Shown in pieces: positions 22,590-35,744 of a stretch of 64,000 bases of DNA; positions within the stretch are counted from its first letter, which is position 1; the number at the start of each line of letters is the position of its first letter. The stretch spans positions 2,232,001-2,296,000 of the forward strand of contig NC_090354.1 of assembly GCF_035084215.1 (NCBI RefSeq), written 5' to 3'. The DNA is from Heptranchias perlo. Taxonomy: Eukaryota. The position numbers and the translations under genes were made by a program. The notes beneath the pieces were generated by a model, which saw only the letters and a list, made by a program, of their open reading frames with translations, was not told the DNA's origin and did not search any database.

Positions 22590-23125
22590 TCTACAAGTCA
22601 GGAGTGTGATGGAATACTCTCCACTTGCCTGGATGAGTGCAGCTCCAACAACACTCGAGAAGCTCGACACCATCCAGGACAAAGCAGCCCGCTTCATTGG
22701 CACCCCATCCACCACCCTAAACATTCACTCCCTTCACCACCGGCGCACTGTGGCTGCAGTGTGTACCATCCACAGGATGCACTGCAGCAACTCGCCAAGG
22801 CTCCTTCGACAGCACCTCCCAAACCAGTGACTTCCACTACCTAGAAGGACAAGGGCAGCAGGTGTATGGGAACAACACCACCTGCACGTTCCCCTCCAAG
22901 TCACACACCATCCCGACTTGGAAATATATCGGCCGTTCCTTCATCGTCGCTGGGTCAAAATCCTGGAACTTCCTTCCTAACAGCACTGTGGGAGAACCTT
23001 CACCACACAGACTGCAGTGGTTCAAGGAGGCGGCTCACCACCACCTTCTCAAGGGGCAACTAGGGATGGGCAATAAATGCCGGTCTTGCCAGCGACGCCC
23101 ACATCACAGGAATAAATAATTATTT
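22590..23125 (+). mobile_element. RTEX-like LINE 3' fragment; other copies at 40520-40995(+), ~45700-46230(-), ~50670-50825(-)
   Basis: QVRSVMEYSPLAWMSAAPTTLEKLDTIQDKAARFIG and the shared 3' tail gggcaactagggatgggcaataaatgcc. Confidence 0.75.
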
Positions 23126-23526
23126 AAAAAATGCATTCCCAGGTTTGCCTGTTCTTTCTATAATTTAACCATCGGGCTGTTTACTGAAGCTGAGGGAATC
23201 CACTACACTCTCAAATTGTCCCTCTGCAGATGTGCCTGCCTTTTGATGCCAGTGATTAAATAAAATGAGAAACAAAATTGATGAAAGAAAACTGACCTGA
23301 TGGGACTTGTTGACTTTCTGTGTACTGTCTCCAAGGAGCAGACCTGCCTGGACAGAGTCTGACTGCTCAGTAACCCTCCCCATCGCACAGACACCCTGGT
23401 GTAGGAAATGAAAATTGCAGAGTAATCTTCTAGAGATTCTTAATGACAATTTTTTAACACAATGTAAAGGGGCTGCCTCTGGTACAGAGCGTAATGTCCT
23501 TGCGTCACTCAGAAGGGCTCCCTTAA

Positions 23527-23983
23527 CAACAACAATAACTTGCATTTATATAGCGCCTTTCACGACCTCGGGACGTCCCAAAGCGCTTTACAGCCAATGA
23601 AGTTTTTTAAAATTGTAGTTACTGTTGTAATGTAGGAAACGCAGCAGTCAATTTGCGCACAGCAAGATCCCACAAACAGCAATGTGATAAATGACCAGAT
23701 AATCTGTTTGTGATGTTGGTTGAGGAATAAATGTTGGGCAGGACACCGGGGAGAACTCCCCTGCTCCTCTTCCAATAGTGGCTGTGGGATCTTTTGCATC
23801 CACCTGAGAGGGCACCTCGGTTCAATGTCTCATCTGAAAGACGGCACCTCCGACAGTGCAGCACTCCCTCAGTACTGGCACTGGGAGTGTCAGCCTGGAT
23901 TATGTGCTCCAGTCTCTGGAGTGGGACTTGATCTCACGAATTTTCTGACTGAGGCGAGAGTGCTCCCACTGAGCCATGGCTGA
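23527..23983 (-). mobile_element. Near full-length SacSINE1-like SINE
   Basis: Head, Deu body and L2-like tail all present. Confidence 0.88.
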
Positions 23984-25758
23984 CGCCTCAGTCTGCATCC
24001 TGGATCTCGGGGTGGTCCCAGCACTACAAGTAAAGCAGAAAATTGCACAGTCATGTGAATAATTGAATCTCAGTGATTGCTGATTTATTGGACCAGACAC
24101 ACATAGGCAGGACGAAAGACATTGCTTTTCGTGCAATGCAGAAATTACCTAGGTTTTATTTTTTTTTAAAACAACACACACGCACATCAGATGTGTCCTG
24201 ACTCCCTTGACCAGTTTCTGGTGCTACCTTACCTTCTGTATGAGCTGTTACCCACCGCCCGTCCTGACCTTTGATTCACCTGTCCAAATCGTGTGGGCAG
24301 AGAGGGCAGCATGTCTGATTCTGCCCAGCCTTACCACTGCTGCGTTCTGTTCCTCACCTGCATCTCGCGCACATCTCAAACTGGAACATAAGTGCGGAAT
24401 GGAATGCAGGACTGGGTATTGCTGCGCTGAGCCAGACCATGGGGACACCGTGGGACGTTAGTTAGTCGGTGACTGAACAGGATTTTAACAAATGCTTGAA
24501 GTTTTTCACCCTGCCGATGATTAATGGGATTTCACACAGGATTCTCACAGGACCGAACAAGTGCAATGGAATCCGAGCACTGAACTCTGAACTTTTTAAA
24601 ATCTGGTATTTAACCCTCTGAGTACCGATTTCCACCTCAAGCGTTTCCTACAAAAAAAATCTTTTGTGAAGTTTAAATGTTCAGAATTTGAGAAATAAAA
24701 TTTAACTGGAGATGTAGCGATCCTGCTGTGCTGTAGTTGTAAGTTCATATCTGGTGATAGTTCAACTCATTGTGACTTTGCTGTGGTTTGTGTGTGTACA
24801 TTTATTTATATATATATTTATTTGTTAAAGAGTTAATAGCAGAAGCTTCGGTTCATGCAGGTTTCTGGAAGATTCTGGCCCTGATGGAACGCTGACCTTT
24901 CACCTTTGCACTCCGAGGAGCTCTGGCACGGTCTGTTACTGAGTGGTGGGCTCACAAACCTCCCGAGACAGTGAGCTGGAACCTTCCGTCTGGCTTGTAA
25001 CGCCCCTAGGGAGCAGGTCATGTGGTTTGGGTTTGAGACGGTTTATTGGAATTGGGAAAGGGATTCTCTTTTTTAATGTCTGTACTAACTTCTTAAAATT
25101 TGGATTCTGTGCCCTGCGTTCAACACGGGCTGACTGAGCAGTGCCAGACTCGGCAAGGTATTTCAGCAAAGGGGCAGCACAAGGCCACTGGCACCCTGTC
25201 CGGGTCGGCAGATGGTCGACAGCAGTCATGTGGCAAGGGGTATTTGGCGATCCCGACCCTGGCACTGATTCTTGCTGGGATTACGGGTCTACCAGTCTGT
25301 GCCAGGAGCCCAGTAGTTACCTCTCTCCATGTGTGATGCCTGGACATTTGAGTGTCAGCCGGCCGTTCGACATGAGTAGTTATCACAGCCAAACCTGGAC
25401 CCGTCTGTCCCCAAGGTCCACGTGTTTACACTGTCCAGCAGGAGAAGCTGGTTTGATGATCAATACTGGGGCCCATGGCTGATCATTCTCCACTGGTGCC
25501 TCTATCGCTATCCTGGATGAGATCAGCTACCTAGGCACGGAATACGGATTGAACCTGGGGGAGCTTCTCTGCATCCTGTTGGAGGTTAGAGTGTAGCTCT
25601 CAGCCCACTCAATCCGCAGCTTGTTAACGCCTGGAATTGAAGCAGAAATTGTTGGGGCTTCACCATCTGATGGTGATTGAACTCTTGGAGGCCTCTCAAT
25701 GGTCTCACCACATTTGACGATATGTTCAATATGTTTCTAACTTGTGTTTTTAACTCAG

Positions 25759-25904
25759 TTACTCACGGAATCACACGTACGACACCTACATTGGGATGGG
25801 TTATGTCATTACTGGGATAGACCAAGGTTTACTAGGAGCATGTGTAGGAGAGAGACGGCGAGTTGTTATCCCGCCACACCTGGCCTACGGAGAGAACGGC
25901 GTCG
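25759..25904 (+). CDS. FKBP10: FKBP10 exon 6 (146 bp)
   Basis: tcag|(S)[48 protein letters not shown]|gtaag; not shown in the ORF track. Confidence 0.95.
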
Positions 25905-25989
25905 GTAAGGAATTTAAACTTTCAGCGCAGACACACTGAGATTTGGGCCTATGAGCTGCAAGCAAAAAACGGGCTATTAAAAACTTTGA

Positions 25990-26340
25990 CCGTCCAAGAT
26001 CTCTGCGCTCCTCCAACTCTGGCCTTTTTCCCATTCCCCATGTCCTTCACCCCACCATTGGCGGCCGTGTCTTCAGCTGTTTAGGCCCTAAGCTCCGGAA
26101 TTCCCTCCCTAAACCTCTCCGCCTCTCTGCCTTGCTACCTCTCCGCCTCGCTACCTCTCCCTCTCTCTCCTTTAAGTCGTTCCTTTAAACCTACCTCTTT
26201 GACCAAACCTTTGATCACCTGACCTAATATCTCTTTATGTGGCTCAGTGTCAGATTTTTGTCTGATAACCCTCCGATGAAGCCCCTTGGGACGTTTTACC
26301 ATGTTAAAGGCGCTATATAAATGCAACTTGTTGTCATGAC
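25990..26340 (+). mobile_element. L2-clade LINE 3' end; related fragments at 31905-32350(-), 41585-41960(-), 51140-51700(+)
   Basis: IGGR.FSCLGPKL.NSLP motif and the tail ggcgctatataaatgcaa. Confidence 0.8.
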
Positions 26341-26599
26341 AACAAATCACAACTGAACAATTTTTTAAAAATAGAGGGGAATAAAAGCAAATAATTTCCT
26401 GCTGCTTTTTCTGACCTTAAAACCAAGGCGAGCGACCGCCAGCTGCCAATTCAGAGGAACTTTTATCAGCAACAGTAATTAGCTATTAATTGACCTCAGG
26501 ACCTATTTGGACCATTACCCACCTCTCTGAGCAATGGCCTTAAAGGGACAGGGCAAGTTAGCAGCTAAATGTTAGAATTGCTATGGGAGATCAGAGAGG

Positions 26600-27150
26600 A
26601 ACATAGGAATTGCGTGACAGTAAAAGACCAAAGTCCATCTAGTTCGTCTTCTCCCATCCTGGTAGTCACATGATCCAATGATAATGGAGTTGTTGACTAA
26701 TCGAGGCAATCAACCTCTATCAGTGAGTCTACAACAGACCCAGACACGAGGCGAGGAAAACCCCCAGTGGGGGAGAGCTTTGGGAACCAGAGGTCCAAAG
26801 TCACCGGTTCCTCCCGAGCCTGTTACACTCACCACACGTCATGTCTCAAATTACTCACATACTGGATCCCAAAATGTTATTTTCTGAAATAAATGTACAT
26901 TTGAATGAATTGACACTAACTGCTCCCATCGTCTCCCCGGGGAGCCTGTTCCATAGATTGGCCACTCGCTCACTGAAATATTGCTTCCGTAGATTAGTTT
27001 TGAATTTAGCCCCTCTTCAAGCGCAGGCCGTGTCCTCTGGTTCTACTGTTCCGTCATGTTCTACATTATCCCAGTCCCTGTAGAATCCTAAAAACAGCAA
27101 CCGCATCACCTCTCAACCTCTTTTCCTAATTTACACAATCGCTCCTCGTA
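26600..27150 (-). mobile_element. CR1-like LINE 3' end with a long UTR; second copy at 41310-42080 is split by an L2
   Basis: KTNLRKQYFSERVANLWNRLP on the minus strand; cagacacgaggcgaggaaaacccccag shared with the 41400 region. Confidence 0.7.
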
Positions 27151-27599
27151 ATCCAATCCCTCCAGTTAGTCTACGTCAAAGAATTCCTCGTTCGGAGGGT
27201 GATGTGAGAGTGCCCTAACCACTCAGTGACTGAATCAGCTGCTGGTGTGGCACTGGGCAAAACACCAGCAAGGTCCCAGGTGCGGTCCCAGGCCTGTGCT
27301 GAGTTGGACGATCTCAGCCAGTGGGTGGCAGTGAGTACAATTGGCCTGAGTTACCCTCGGGTAGGGAGGCTTAAAAATTGGCCCGAATTTCCACTCCTGT
27401 CCAGGAACCAGCTGTTGGCCTCCTATAAAAGGAGAGCCGACTGACTCTCACTGTACGGAATCTCGCAGGAGGAATGGCTCCAGAGATGAGCTACCTCAGC
27501 ACCAATCAGAGATCAATCCCAACACCTTCCCGTGGCTCAGTACTTCATTGGCTGGTGCCTTATTCATTAGGCCATCCAGGGAGTTACTGATGTTTATCT

Positions 27600-27870
27600 C
27601 AGGATGTAAAAGATCCCATGGCACTATTGAAAAAAGAGCAAGGGAGTTCTCCCCGGTGTCCTGGCCAATATTTATCCCTCAACCAACATCACTAAAAACA
27701 GATTATCTGGTCATTATCACATTGCTTTTTGTGGGATCTTGCTGTGCGCAAATTGGCTGCTGCGTTTTCTACATTACAACAGTGACTACACTTCAAAAGT
27801 ATTTAATTGGCTGTAAAGCGCTTTGGGACGTCCTGAGGTCGTGAAAGGCACTATATAAATTAAATGCCTG
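27600..27870 (+). mobile_element. SacSINE1-like SINE, 3' portion
   Basis: Deu body and tail. Confidence 0.85.
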
Positions 27871-28199
27871 TCTGTCTGTCCGTCTGTCTTTGGTCTGTCC
27901 ATGTCTCGGTCGGTCTGTCCGTGTCTCGGTCTGTCTGTCTTTCTTGTTCTTTCTATATTGAGTTGTCCACTTCATGTGCTCCTAGCTCGCCCACTCTGAA
28001 ATCCTACCTCTCTCAATTCCGTAGCCCGAGTGCATCTGTTGGACAGGAAAGTAGAGTTGAGGTTGAAGATCAGCCATGGTCCTGCTCCTATTTCTAATGT
28101 TCTTAGCATAGATCCCAGTGTGCCCTGTGCCAAGTAAAGTTCATTATGTTGTGGTCTTCGTCTGTCCCATGGGTTGACTGTCTGGGTTTTGATCTCCAG

Positions 28200-28389
28200 C
28201 CGATAAGATCCCAGGCTCTGCTGTGCTGGTCTTTGACGTTCACATCGTTGATTTCCACAATCCAAAGGACAAGGTGCAAATCCAACCCTACTTCAAGCCA
28301 GACGGCTGTAACAAGACCTCCCAGCTGAATGACTACGTGAAGTACCACTACAACGCTTCTCTCATGGATGGTACCGAGCTCTACACCTC
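28200..28389 (+). CDS. FKBP10: FKBP10 exon 7 (190 bp)
   Basis: ccag|(A)DKIPGSAVLVFDVHIVDFHNPKDKVQIQPYFKPDGCNKTSQLNDYVKYHYNASLMDGTELYTS|gtacgt. Confidence 0.95.
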
Positions 28390-28594
28390 GTACGTTATGG
28401 GCCTTTCTATTGAAATAGCTCTGTTTGCCTGTGATGTTACTGGAGGTGGGGATGAATACTGGGGTGGAGGGGACAGAACATTAAGAGTGCAGTTAGGATA
28501 CATGATGCCATAGAGTGATTGGACATCACATCCACACTCGAGAGACCCTGCCCACAGTGGGAAGGAGGAGAAAATCTGGACAGTGAGTTAACCA

Positions 28595-29045
28595 CTGCCG
28601 AACACTCTCGCCTCAGAGTCAAAAGGTCGTGGGTTGGCGGCCCACTCCAGGGGCTTGAGCCCATAATCCAGGCTGACGTTCCCAGTGCCAGTACTGAGGG
28701 AGTGCTGCACTGTCAGTGGTGCCGTCTTTCGGATGAGACATTAACCTGAGGCCCCGTCTGCCCTCAAGTGGATGCAAAAGATCCCACAGCCACTATTTGA
28801 AGAGCAGGGGGGGTTCTCCCCGGTGTCTTCGCCAATATTTATCCCTCAACTAACACCACCAAAAATAGACTAACTGAACATTTATCACATTGCTGTTTGT
28901 GGGATCTTGCTGTGTACAAATTAGCTGCCGCATTTCCCTACAAAACAACAGTGACCACACTTCAAAAGAACTTCATTGGCTGTGAAGTGCTTTGGGACGT
29001 CCAGAGGACATGAAAGGTGCTATATAAATGCAAGTTCTTTCTCTC
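28595..29045 (+). mobile_element. SacSINE1-like SINE
   Basis: Matches the family consensus seen in other copies. Confidence 0.85.
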
Positions 29046-29254
29046 TTTCCCTCATTCTCAACTTCAAGAGCGGCAGAGGCTTGAGAGCAGGACTCCTGTC
29101 TGCCATTTTGTTTGGGGAAACTGAAGAGAAAGAAATTAAGTCCATTGGCTCAATAATGACGCCCCTTACAGTGGGACAGTGCCAGACGCCTCCCATCCAC
29201 TGGGTTCAGGAGAAGATAAATTAGCTGGGTTTCTCACTCCTGATTCCTATTAAT

Positions 29255-30092
29255 GAGAGGCAATATAAACTAAATGGTGCAATTCTAAAGGGGGTGCAGG
29301 AACAGAGAGATCTGGGGGTATATGTGCACAGGTCGTTGAAGGTGGTAGGACAGGTTGAGAAAGCGGTTAAAAAAGCAAACTGGATCCTGGGCTTTATAAA
29401 TAGAGGCATAGAGTACAAAAGCAAGGAAGTTATGATGAACCTTTATAAAACACTGGTCCAGCCACAACTGGAGTATTGTGTCCAATTCTGGGCACCGCAC
29501 TCTAGGAAGGATGTGAAGGCCTTAGAGAGGGTGCAGAAAATATTTACTAGAATGGTTTCAGGAATAAGGGACTTCCGTTACATGGATAGACTGGAGAAGC
29601 TGGGGTTGTTCTCCTTAGAGCAGAGAAGGTTAAGGGGAGATTTGATAGAGGTGTTCAAAATCATGAGGGGGTCTATGATGTGGAGATGCCGGTGATGGAC
29701 TGGGGTGGACAAATGTAAGGACTATAACCTGGTGTTGTAAGATTCCTTACATGAGGGGTCTAGACAGAGTAGATGGAGAGAAACTCTTCCCATTGGCGGA
29801 AGGGTGGAGAACCAGAGAACACAGATTTAAGGTGATTGGTAAAAGAACCAAAGGCGACATGATGAAAAACTTTTTTACGCAGCGAGTGGTTATGACCTGA
29901 AAGGGCGGTGGAGGCAGATTCAATCATTGGCTTTCAAAAGGGAATTGGATCAGTACTTGAAGGGAAAAGATTTGCAGGGCTACGGGGAACGGGCAGAGGA
30001 GGGACTAACTGGATTTCTCTAGCAGAGAGCCAGTATGGGCTCGATGGGCCGTACGGCCTCCTTCTGTGCTGTAACCGTTCTATGATTCTATA
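29255..30092 (+). mobile_element. CR1 LINE 3' fragment containing a tiny Penelope-like insertion at 29675-29752
   Basis: RDLGVYVHRSLK...YCVQFWAPH...LEQRRLRGDLIEVFKIMRG. Confidence 0.9.
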
Positions 30093-30454
30093 AGTGCATC
30101 CTACAGGAAGGTGCTGGTGTGCGGATTCCAGAGGGGGAGGGTGGGATGGGATCCATGGGGTCAAACAGCCTACTGACCCTCACTGTCTGTCTAGGCACGG
30201 ACCTGGCTGGGGCACTGACTGCAGGGCTGACAAAAGAGGGGATAGAGTTTAATTAAGTCTTAAAATTAATTTTCAATATTTTGGTAGTGATCAAGCACCT
30301 TCAGGTGAGGGCTCCATTCCTACTGTGGGTAATATCAGGGCTGCGGTTGGTTGTCTATATTACTTGGCACCTGATATCAGCTGCTATTAACCAAGGAATT
30401 GCATAAGAGTTTAACTGACAACTAATTCCCACCCCCTCTTGTTTTGCTCTCTAG

Positions 30455-30597
30455 CCGTGATCATGGAACTGCTCAGAATTTAGTCCTGGGCTCCTCAAAA
30501 ATGATTGAAGGATTAACCCAGGGCTTGCTCGACATGTGTGTTGGAGAGAAGCGGATTTTGATGATCCCCCCACATCTTGCCCACGGAGAGAAGGGAG
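30455..30597 (+). CDS. FKBP10: FKBP10 exon 8 (143 bp)
   Basis: ctag|[47 protein letters not shown]|gtgag. Confidence 0.95.
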
Positions 30598-31501
30598 GTG
30601 AGAGAAAGCTGAAGGTTTTATTCTCTGACGCTAATTCGGACCACAGCTCAGTTGTGCAAGGATGTGTTTCCACATTAAGGCAGTGATGTGTTAATGGCAC
30701 AGGATATGGGCAGGGCCATGGGTTTACACACACCAATTCCATATCAAACAAAGCTCCCATATCTGAAGACCGTCTTCCAGCCTCCCCTCTCACTCCTGGA
30801 CTAGCTCCAAATGACTAATGTCCTTTAGGGAAGGAAACTTGCCGTCTTGACCCAGTCTGGACCTACACGTGACTCCAGACCCACATCACCGTGGTTGGCT
30901 CTTGCACTTGCTAGGCCACTTCAGACAGAAGTTATCAAACGGCCCTCCTTCACCACACAGACCGCAGTTGATCAGGAAGAAGGCTGCTCACCGCCACCTT
31001 CTCAAGGCAATTAGGAATGGGCAATAAATGCCCTCATCCCGAGAATGAATAAAAATAAAATCCACTGTCCTTCACATTCTTCCTTCCTCTGCCTGAAATT
31101 GAGAATTTCCTAAGTCTTAACACATTTTTGCCTGGTGTTTGGGAGATACTGTTTGGGAGTGTTAAAATAGAGTGATCCCAACTCACCACTGTCTACTGAA
31201 CGCCCCCCCCCACAATGCAACTACAGATGGCCCAAAGCTTGGCCGCATTCAGAATCCCCTTCACCCATCCTATCTGCTTAACGCAAGTCCCTCTCCCCCA
31301 ACCAGTGCCCGTGTTCCTTTGAATGTGTGTTGTTAAGCCAATGTCTGGAGCTGTGAGATCCTTGTTTGTATCCTTAGTTTGTGACCTTTGTCTTCCTGCT
31401 CGAGCTTCTACCACAGGGCGTATTTTTGAAGTGATTTTATTTTTTTGTCTGTTTGTCATCTCCTTCCCCCCCCCCCCCACCCCGACCCCGACCCCGACCA
31501 G

Positions 31502-31665
31502 CTGGAGACGTCCCTGGAAGCGCGGTGCTGGTGTTCGATGTGGAACTGCTGGAACTGAAGGCTGGAGTCCCGGAGGGTTACCTGTTCATTTGGAATGAAA
31601 AAGCCCCAGCCAAACTTCACGATGAGCTCGATCTCAACAAGGACGGAGAGGTTGAATTTGAGGAG
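31502..31665 (+). CDS. FKBP10: FKBP10 exon 9 (164 bp), end of PPIase 4 and EF-hand 1
   Basis: ccag|(A)GDVPGSAVLVFDVELLELKAGVPEGYLFIWNEKAPAKLHDELDLNKDGEVEFEE|gtacg. Confidence 0.95.
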
Positions 31666-33277
31666 GTACGTGGCCCGTCTACAGCAGCTCATTCGCAAAT
31701 AATGGAAACATGGTTCACAACAAGAAATGTCACTGGGCCCATTAAGCCCAGTCCTTCCACAGTCCATGCAGGACTCCCTCAATCATTGTCTCAATTGCTC
31801 CCCCCGCCCGGCCAGGTTTCTATGTTCTCTTCCTAACTCTGGTGTGAATCAAATGGATCTATTAATATCTCCATAACCCTCAATCCCCTTAATCAACAGG
31901 AATAGATCAACAACTTGCATTTATATCGTGTCTTTAACGTAGTAAAACATCCCAAGGCGCTTCACAGGAGCGACTATCAAACAAAAATTGACACCGAGCC
32001 ACATAAGGAGATATTAGGACAGGTGACCAAAAGCTTGGCCAAAGAAATAGGTTTTAAGGCGCATCTTAAAGGATGAGAGTCGGAGAGGTTTGGGGAGGGA
32101 ATTCCAGAGCTTAGGGCCCAGGCAGCTGAAGGCACGGCCGCCAATGGTGAGGCGAAGAAAATCGGGGATGGTCAAGGCCAGAATTGGAGGAGTGCAGAGA
32201 TCGCGGTGGTTGTAGGGCTGGAGGAGGGTACAGAGATAGGGAGGGGCGAGGCCCTGGAGGGATTTGAACACGAGGATGAGAATTTTAAATTTGAGATGAT
32301 GGTGGATCGGGAGTTAAATTAGGTCAGTGAGCACAGGGGTGATGGGTAACTGTTCCTTATCTCTGAGTTTGTTCCACATCCACTGAGGGATAAAAATATT
32401 CTAAACTCTAACTGTCCTCAAGCTCTGTGCTCACTGTCCAAGTTAAACAGACTGCCAACCTCGACATGATCCGTCCCTTTCAATATTCTGAAGAACCTGG
32501 ATCAGGTGGGGGACATAAATATAAGACAGTCACTAATAAATCCAATAGGGAATTCAGGAGAATTCTGAAGAGTGGTTAGAATGTGGAACTTGCTACCACA
32601 AGGAATGGTTGAGGTGAAAAGCATGGATGCATTTAAGGGGAAGCTAAATAAGTACATGAGGGAGATAGGAGCAGAAGGATAGAGTGAGATGAGGAGGGAA
32701 GGGAGGAGGCTCGTGTGGAGCATAAACGCCGGCATGGACCAGTTGGGCTGAATGGCCTGTTTCTGTGCTGTAGACTCGATGTAACCTGATGTCCTCTGTC
32801 TCCGGTCAAAATAAGTTGTTGTCTTATGTCGAGCTTCATAGAGATGCGAGAGATAATTCCAGACCATTGAGGCTTTTCTGCAAGTCTTTTTTTGAGGCAG
32901 CATGACCAAAACTAGGCTCCATACTCCAGGACTGGCCAACAGTGACCTGGACAGTGTCAGAATAACTTGTTCTGGTTTGTAATCCGATATAATCCAGATC
33001 CGATTTGATTTAATGCACTGGCTCAATACCGTTGGCGTATAATCGGTACTGCTGCCCAAATTCTGAACCTCTGGGGTTTTTTCATTAGTGTGATTTTTCA
33101 AGGACTTTCCCCTGGAGGTAACTGCCTGTCAGCCCCATCGGGTGGAGTCACTAATTGTAATGATCTATAGGCCCTCGATTGTGCAAGGGAGATCACACAG
33201 GCCGAGACGCAGTGTGTGGGAGAGCCCGGGGATTACTCTCCCGTTCTAACTCATCCTCTTGTTATTTGTTTGGGTAG

Positions 33278-33466
33278 TTTTCGAGTTACATCATGGCGCA
33301 GGTCGACGCAGGGACGGGCCGTCTTTCACCGACCGAAGATCCTGACAAGCTGATAAACGACATGTTCAGGAATCAGGACCGCAACAAAGACGGGAAGATC
33401 ACCGCCGATGAGCTGAAACTGAAGAGCGAGGAGGATAATGAACGGAGTGTTAAGGACGAGCTCTAA
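33278..33466 (+). CDS. FKBP10: FKBP10 terminal exon 10, EF-hand 2 and KDEL
   Basis: gtag|[62 protein letters not shown]. Confidence 0.95.
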   Translation, partial: FSSYIMAQVDAGTGRLSPTEDPDKLINDMFRNQDRNKDGKITADELKLKSEEDNERSVKDEL

Positions 33467-34453
33467 AGATCTGACAAAAAAAACTTTCCAAAGCAGGCAC
33501 CCTATAGACACCGTATTGATTGAAACGGTTTTCAACTCTCTGTTCTGTTAAATGGTTCATTTTAATGACCCACTTTGCATTTTGTTTCTTTGTCTCTCTC
33601 TCTCTCCCTCTCCCTCTCTTTGCTGCTTCTTGTTTTGATTTATTCCTTTCGAGGTTGTGCCTTCCACAGACCAGGAGTTTGTAGAGTTGGGTGTTCCTGT
33701 GATTGATTCTCCTGCTGTCTGTTAGGTCTCCAGATATTGTTCAATGAAGATCAAATTTAAATTAACTTTCGGGGGGGGGGGTGGGGGGTTTCAGGGTTCA
33801 GGAAGTGAAGAATTCCCAATAGCCGGATCGGGCAAACCTCCCGTGTGTTTGGTGGCGGTTGAGTGATCTCAGACGGAGATGTACAGCAAGCAACTTAGTC
33901 ATTACAGCCCAAAACTGCTGGAGTTCTCTTTTAGTGATAGTGATCGGAAGCAGAGGGGCCCTGACTCTCCATCCACTCACTCCCAGACACACTGAGGCCT
34001 CGTACAACTGCTGAAAGCAGAGAATGAGCCAGCCTGGGAGGTGCCTTTAATGCTTTGGGAGAACTGCCCTCACTGTCCAGGACTAGGAGAATCAAAAGTC
34101 ATCTCCTTTCTGACTCAGCTGCAGCCCCTTCCTGTGTGTGTTGGGTCAGGGGATAGTTGCTCAAGGCCATGTCTTGCATTGGACCCATCCTCCACTTTGC
34201 TTCCTATTAAGCCCCTTGTGTCAGGGATCCAGGTGAATGTTTCTGCTCATTTTCAGGATATTTCTCATCCAATTTTTCTTTTTTTTTTGCATTGAGTGAA
34301 TGGATTTGGTGTGGAGTATTTTTCAGGGTGCAGCTATAATCCCTGGGTGTCTCTAGATTCAAGCAAGAGCCTGAGTGTTTGCCTCATGGTTGGTGCTGTA
34401 TATCTAGGATGATAAGTGGAGGAGAATTCCCACAGTGTTTTCTAGAAAGGTTA

Positions 34454-34459
34454 AATAAA
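34454..34459 (+). terminator. Candidate FKBP10 polyadenylation signal
   Basis: AATAAA ~1 kb after the stop, followed by T/GT-rich sequence. Confidence 0.55.
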
Positions 34460-34539
34460 TGGATTTCTTAAAAAAAAAACTTGTAAAATCTTTTCTCACC
34501 AACTTGTCTGGTTTAGACTGATTATATTGATATTTATTC

Positions 34540-34920
34540 TCAGGATGTGGGCATTGCTGACAAGGCCACATTTATTTCCCGATCTTAGTTGCCCTGAGGA
34601 GGTGTTTTTTAAAATTCGTTCATGGCATGTGGGCGTCACTGGCAAGGCCAGAATTTATTGCCCTCGAGAAGGTGGTGGTGAGCCGCCTTCTTGAACAACT
34701 GAGTGGCTTGCTCGGACATTTCAGAGGGCGATTAAGAATCAACCACGTTGGTGTGGGACTGGAGTCACATATAGGCCCAGACTGGGTAAGGACGGCAGGT
34801 TTCCTTCCCGAAAGGACAGTGGTGAAGCAGATGGGTTTTTATGACAATCCATTACTGATTCCAGATTTTATTTAATTAATTGAATTTAAATTCCCCAGTT
34901 GGTGGTCATCGAGGTGGGGT
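34540..34920 (-). mobile_element. SINE with an RTEX-type 3' tail
   Basis: gaaggtggtggtgagccgccttcttgaac is shared with the RTEX tail; the body is shared with 6790-7028. Confidence 0.6.
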
Positions 34921-35161
34921 TCTGTGGAGCTCCGTAATCCACCCGGAGTGAATACCTTCAGAGGTTAGAGAATCAGAAGGGAGAATAATGGCAAAACCAG
35001 AACAATAATTCACGGCAGGTTACCAGGGCAACCTGCAATCAGTAACAAAAGACCCACCGATCCACACGTCCCTTCTCGGGCCTGATTTATTGCCTCGTCT
35101 CTCCACGCTCCCAACTAAACATTTAGACATTCCTTAGAATCTTGTTTTACGTTGCAAAACT

Positions 35162-35167
35162 TTTATT
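35162..35167 (-). terminator. Candidate NT5C3B polyadenylation signal
   Basis: TTTATT on plus (AATAAA on minus) ~400 nt past the stop. Confidence 0.55.
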
Positions 35168-35566
35168 TAAAATCAGAACTGTGAAGTGTAAGGACGGCCA
35201 GTGACAGGGACAGTGAGGGAGACCGAGAGTTCCTCCATTTTACCCGTGACTGCTTTAAAAAAAATTTCACACATAATTTCCCCACACAAATAAGCAAAAC
35301 ACTGAATGAAGTAGATTCTCCGAGGCCTGTTTAGACATGGGACTCTATGGTCGAACTGTAAGAGTCTCCAGAGGCCTCCGTTTGGCCTCTGCTCATTTAA
35401 AATACTGTACAGAGTGGGTGGTCCAATTGTCCCAACCCTGTTTAGCAAGGGTGCCTTGTTTGTGCATCACAGACCACTTTGATCAAACCCCCTCACATCT
35501 CTCCAGGCCTGGCCCAACTCTATTTTGTTGGATAATACAGGTAGCTCAACAGTTCTTGCCAGACGC

Positions 35567-35704
35567 CTAATCGTCCAGACAGTTACGTGACGATGATACA
35601 GTTTGGAGAATGTGCTCGAGGATTCCATTCACCACGTCCAAGGTCTCATCCTTCACGAGGACAATGTCGTAGGAGGCCAGGTATTTGTCTAGGAGTTCAT
35701 CCAC
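35567..35704 (-). CDS. NT5C3B: NT5C3B exon 9 (terminal)
   Basis: gcag|VDELLDKYLASYDIVLVKDETLDVVNGILEHILQTVSSSRNCLDD*. Confidence 0.95.
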   Translation of the reverse strand: MDELLDKYLASYDIVLVKDETLDVVNGILEHILQTVSSSRNCLDD

Positions 35705-35744
35705 CTGCAGGAGAAACATGGATACTGAACACAGGCACGGGGCA

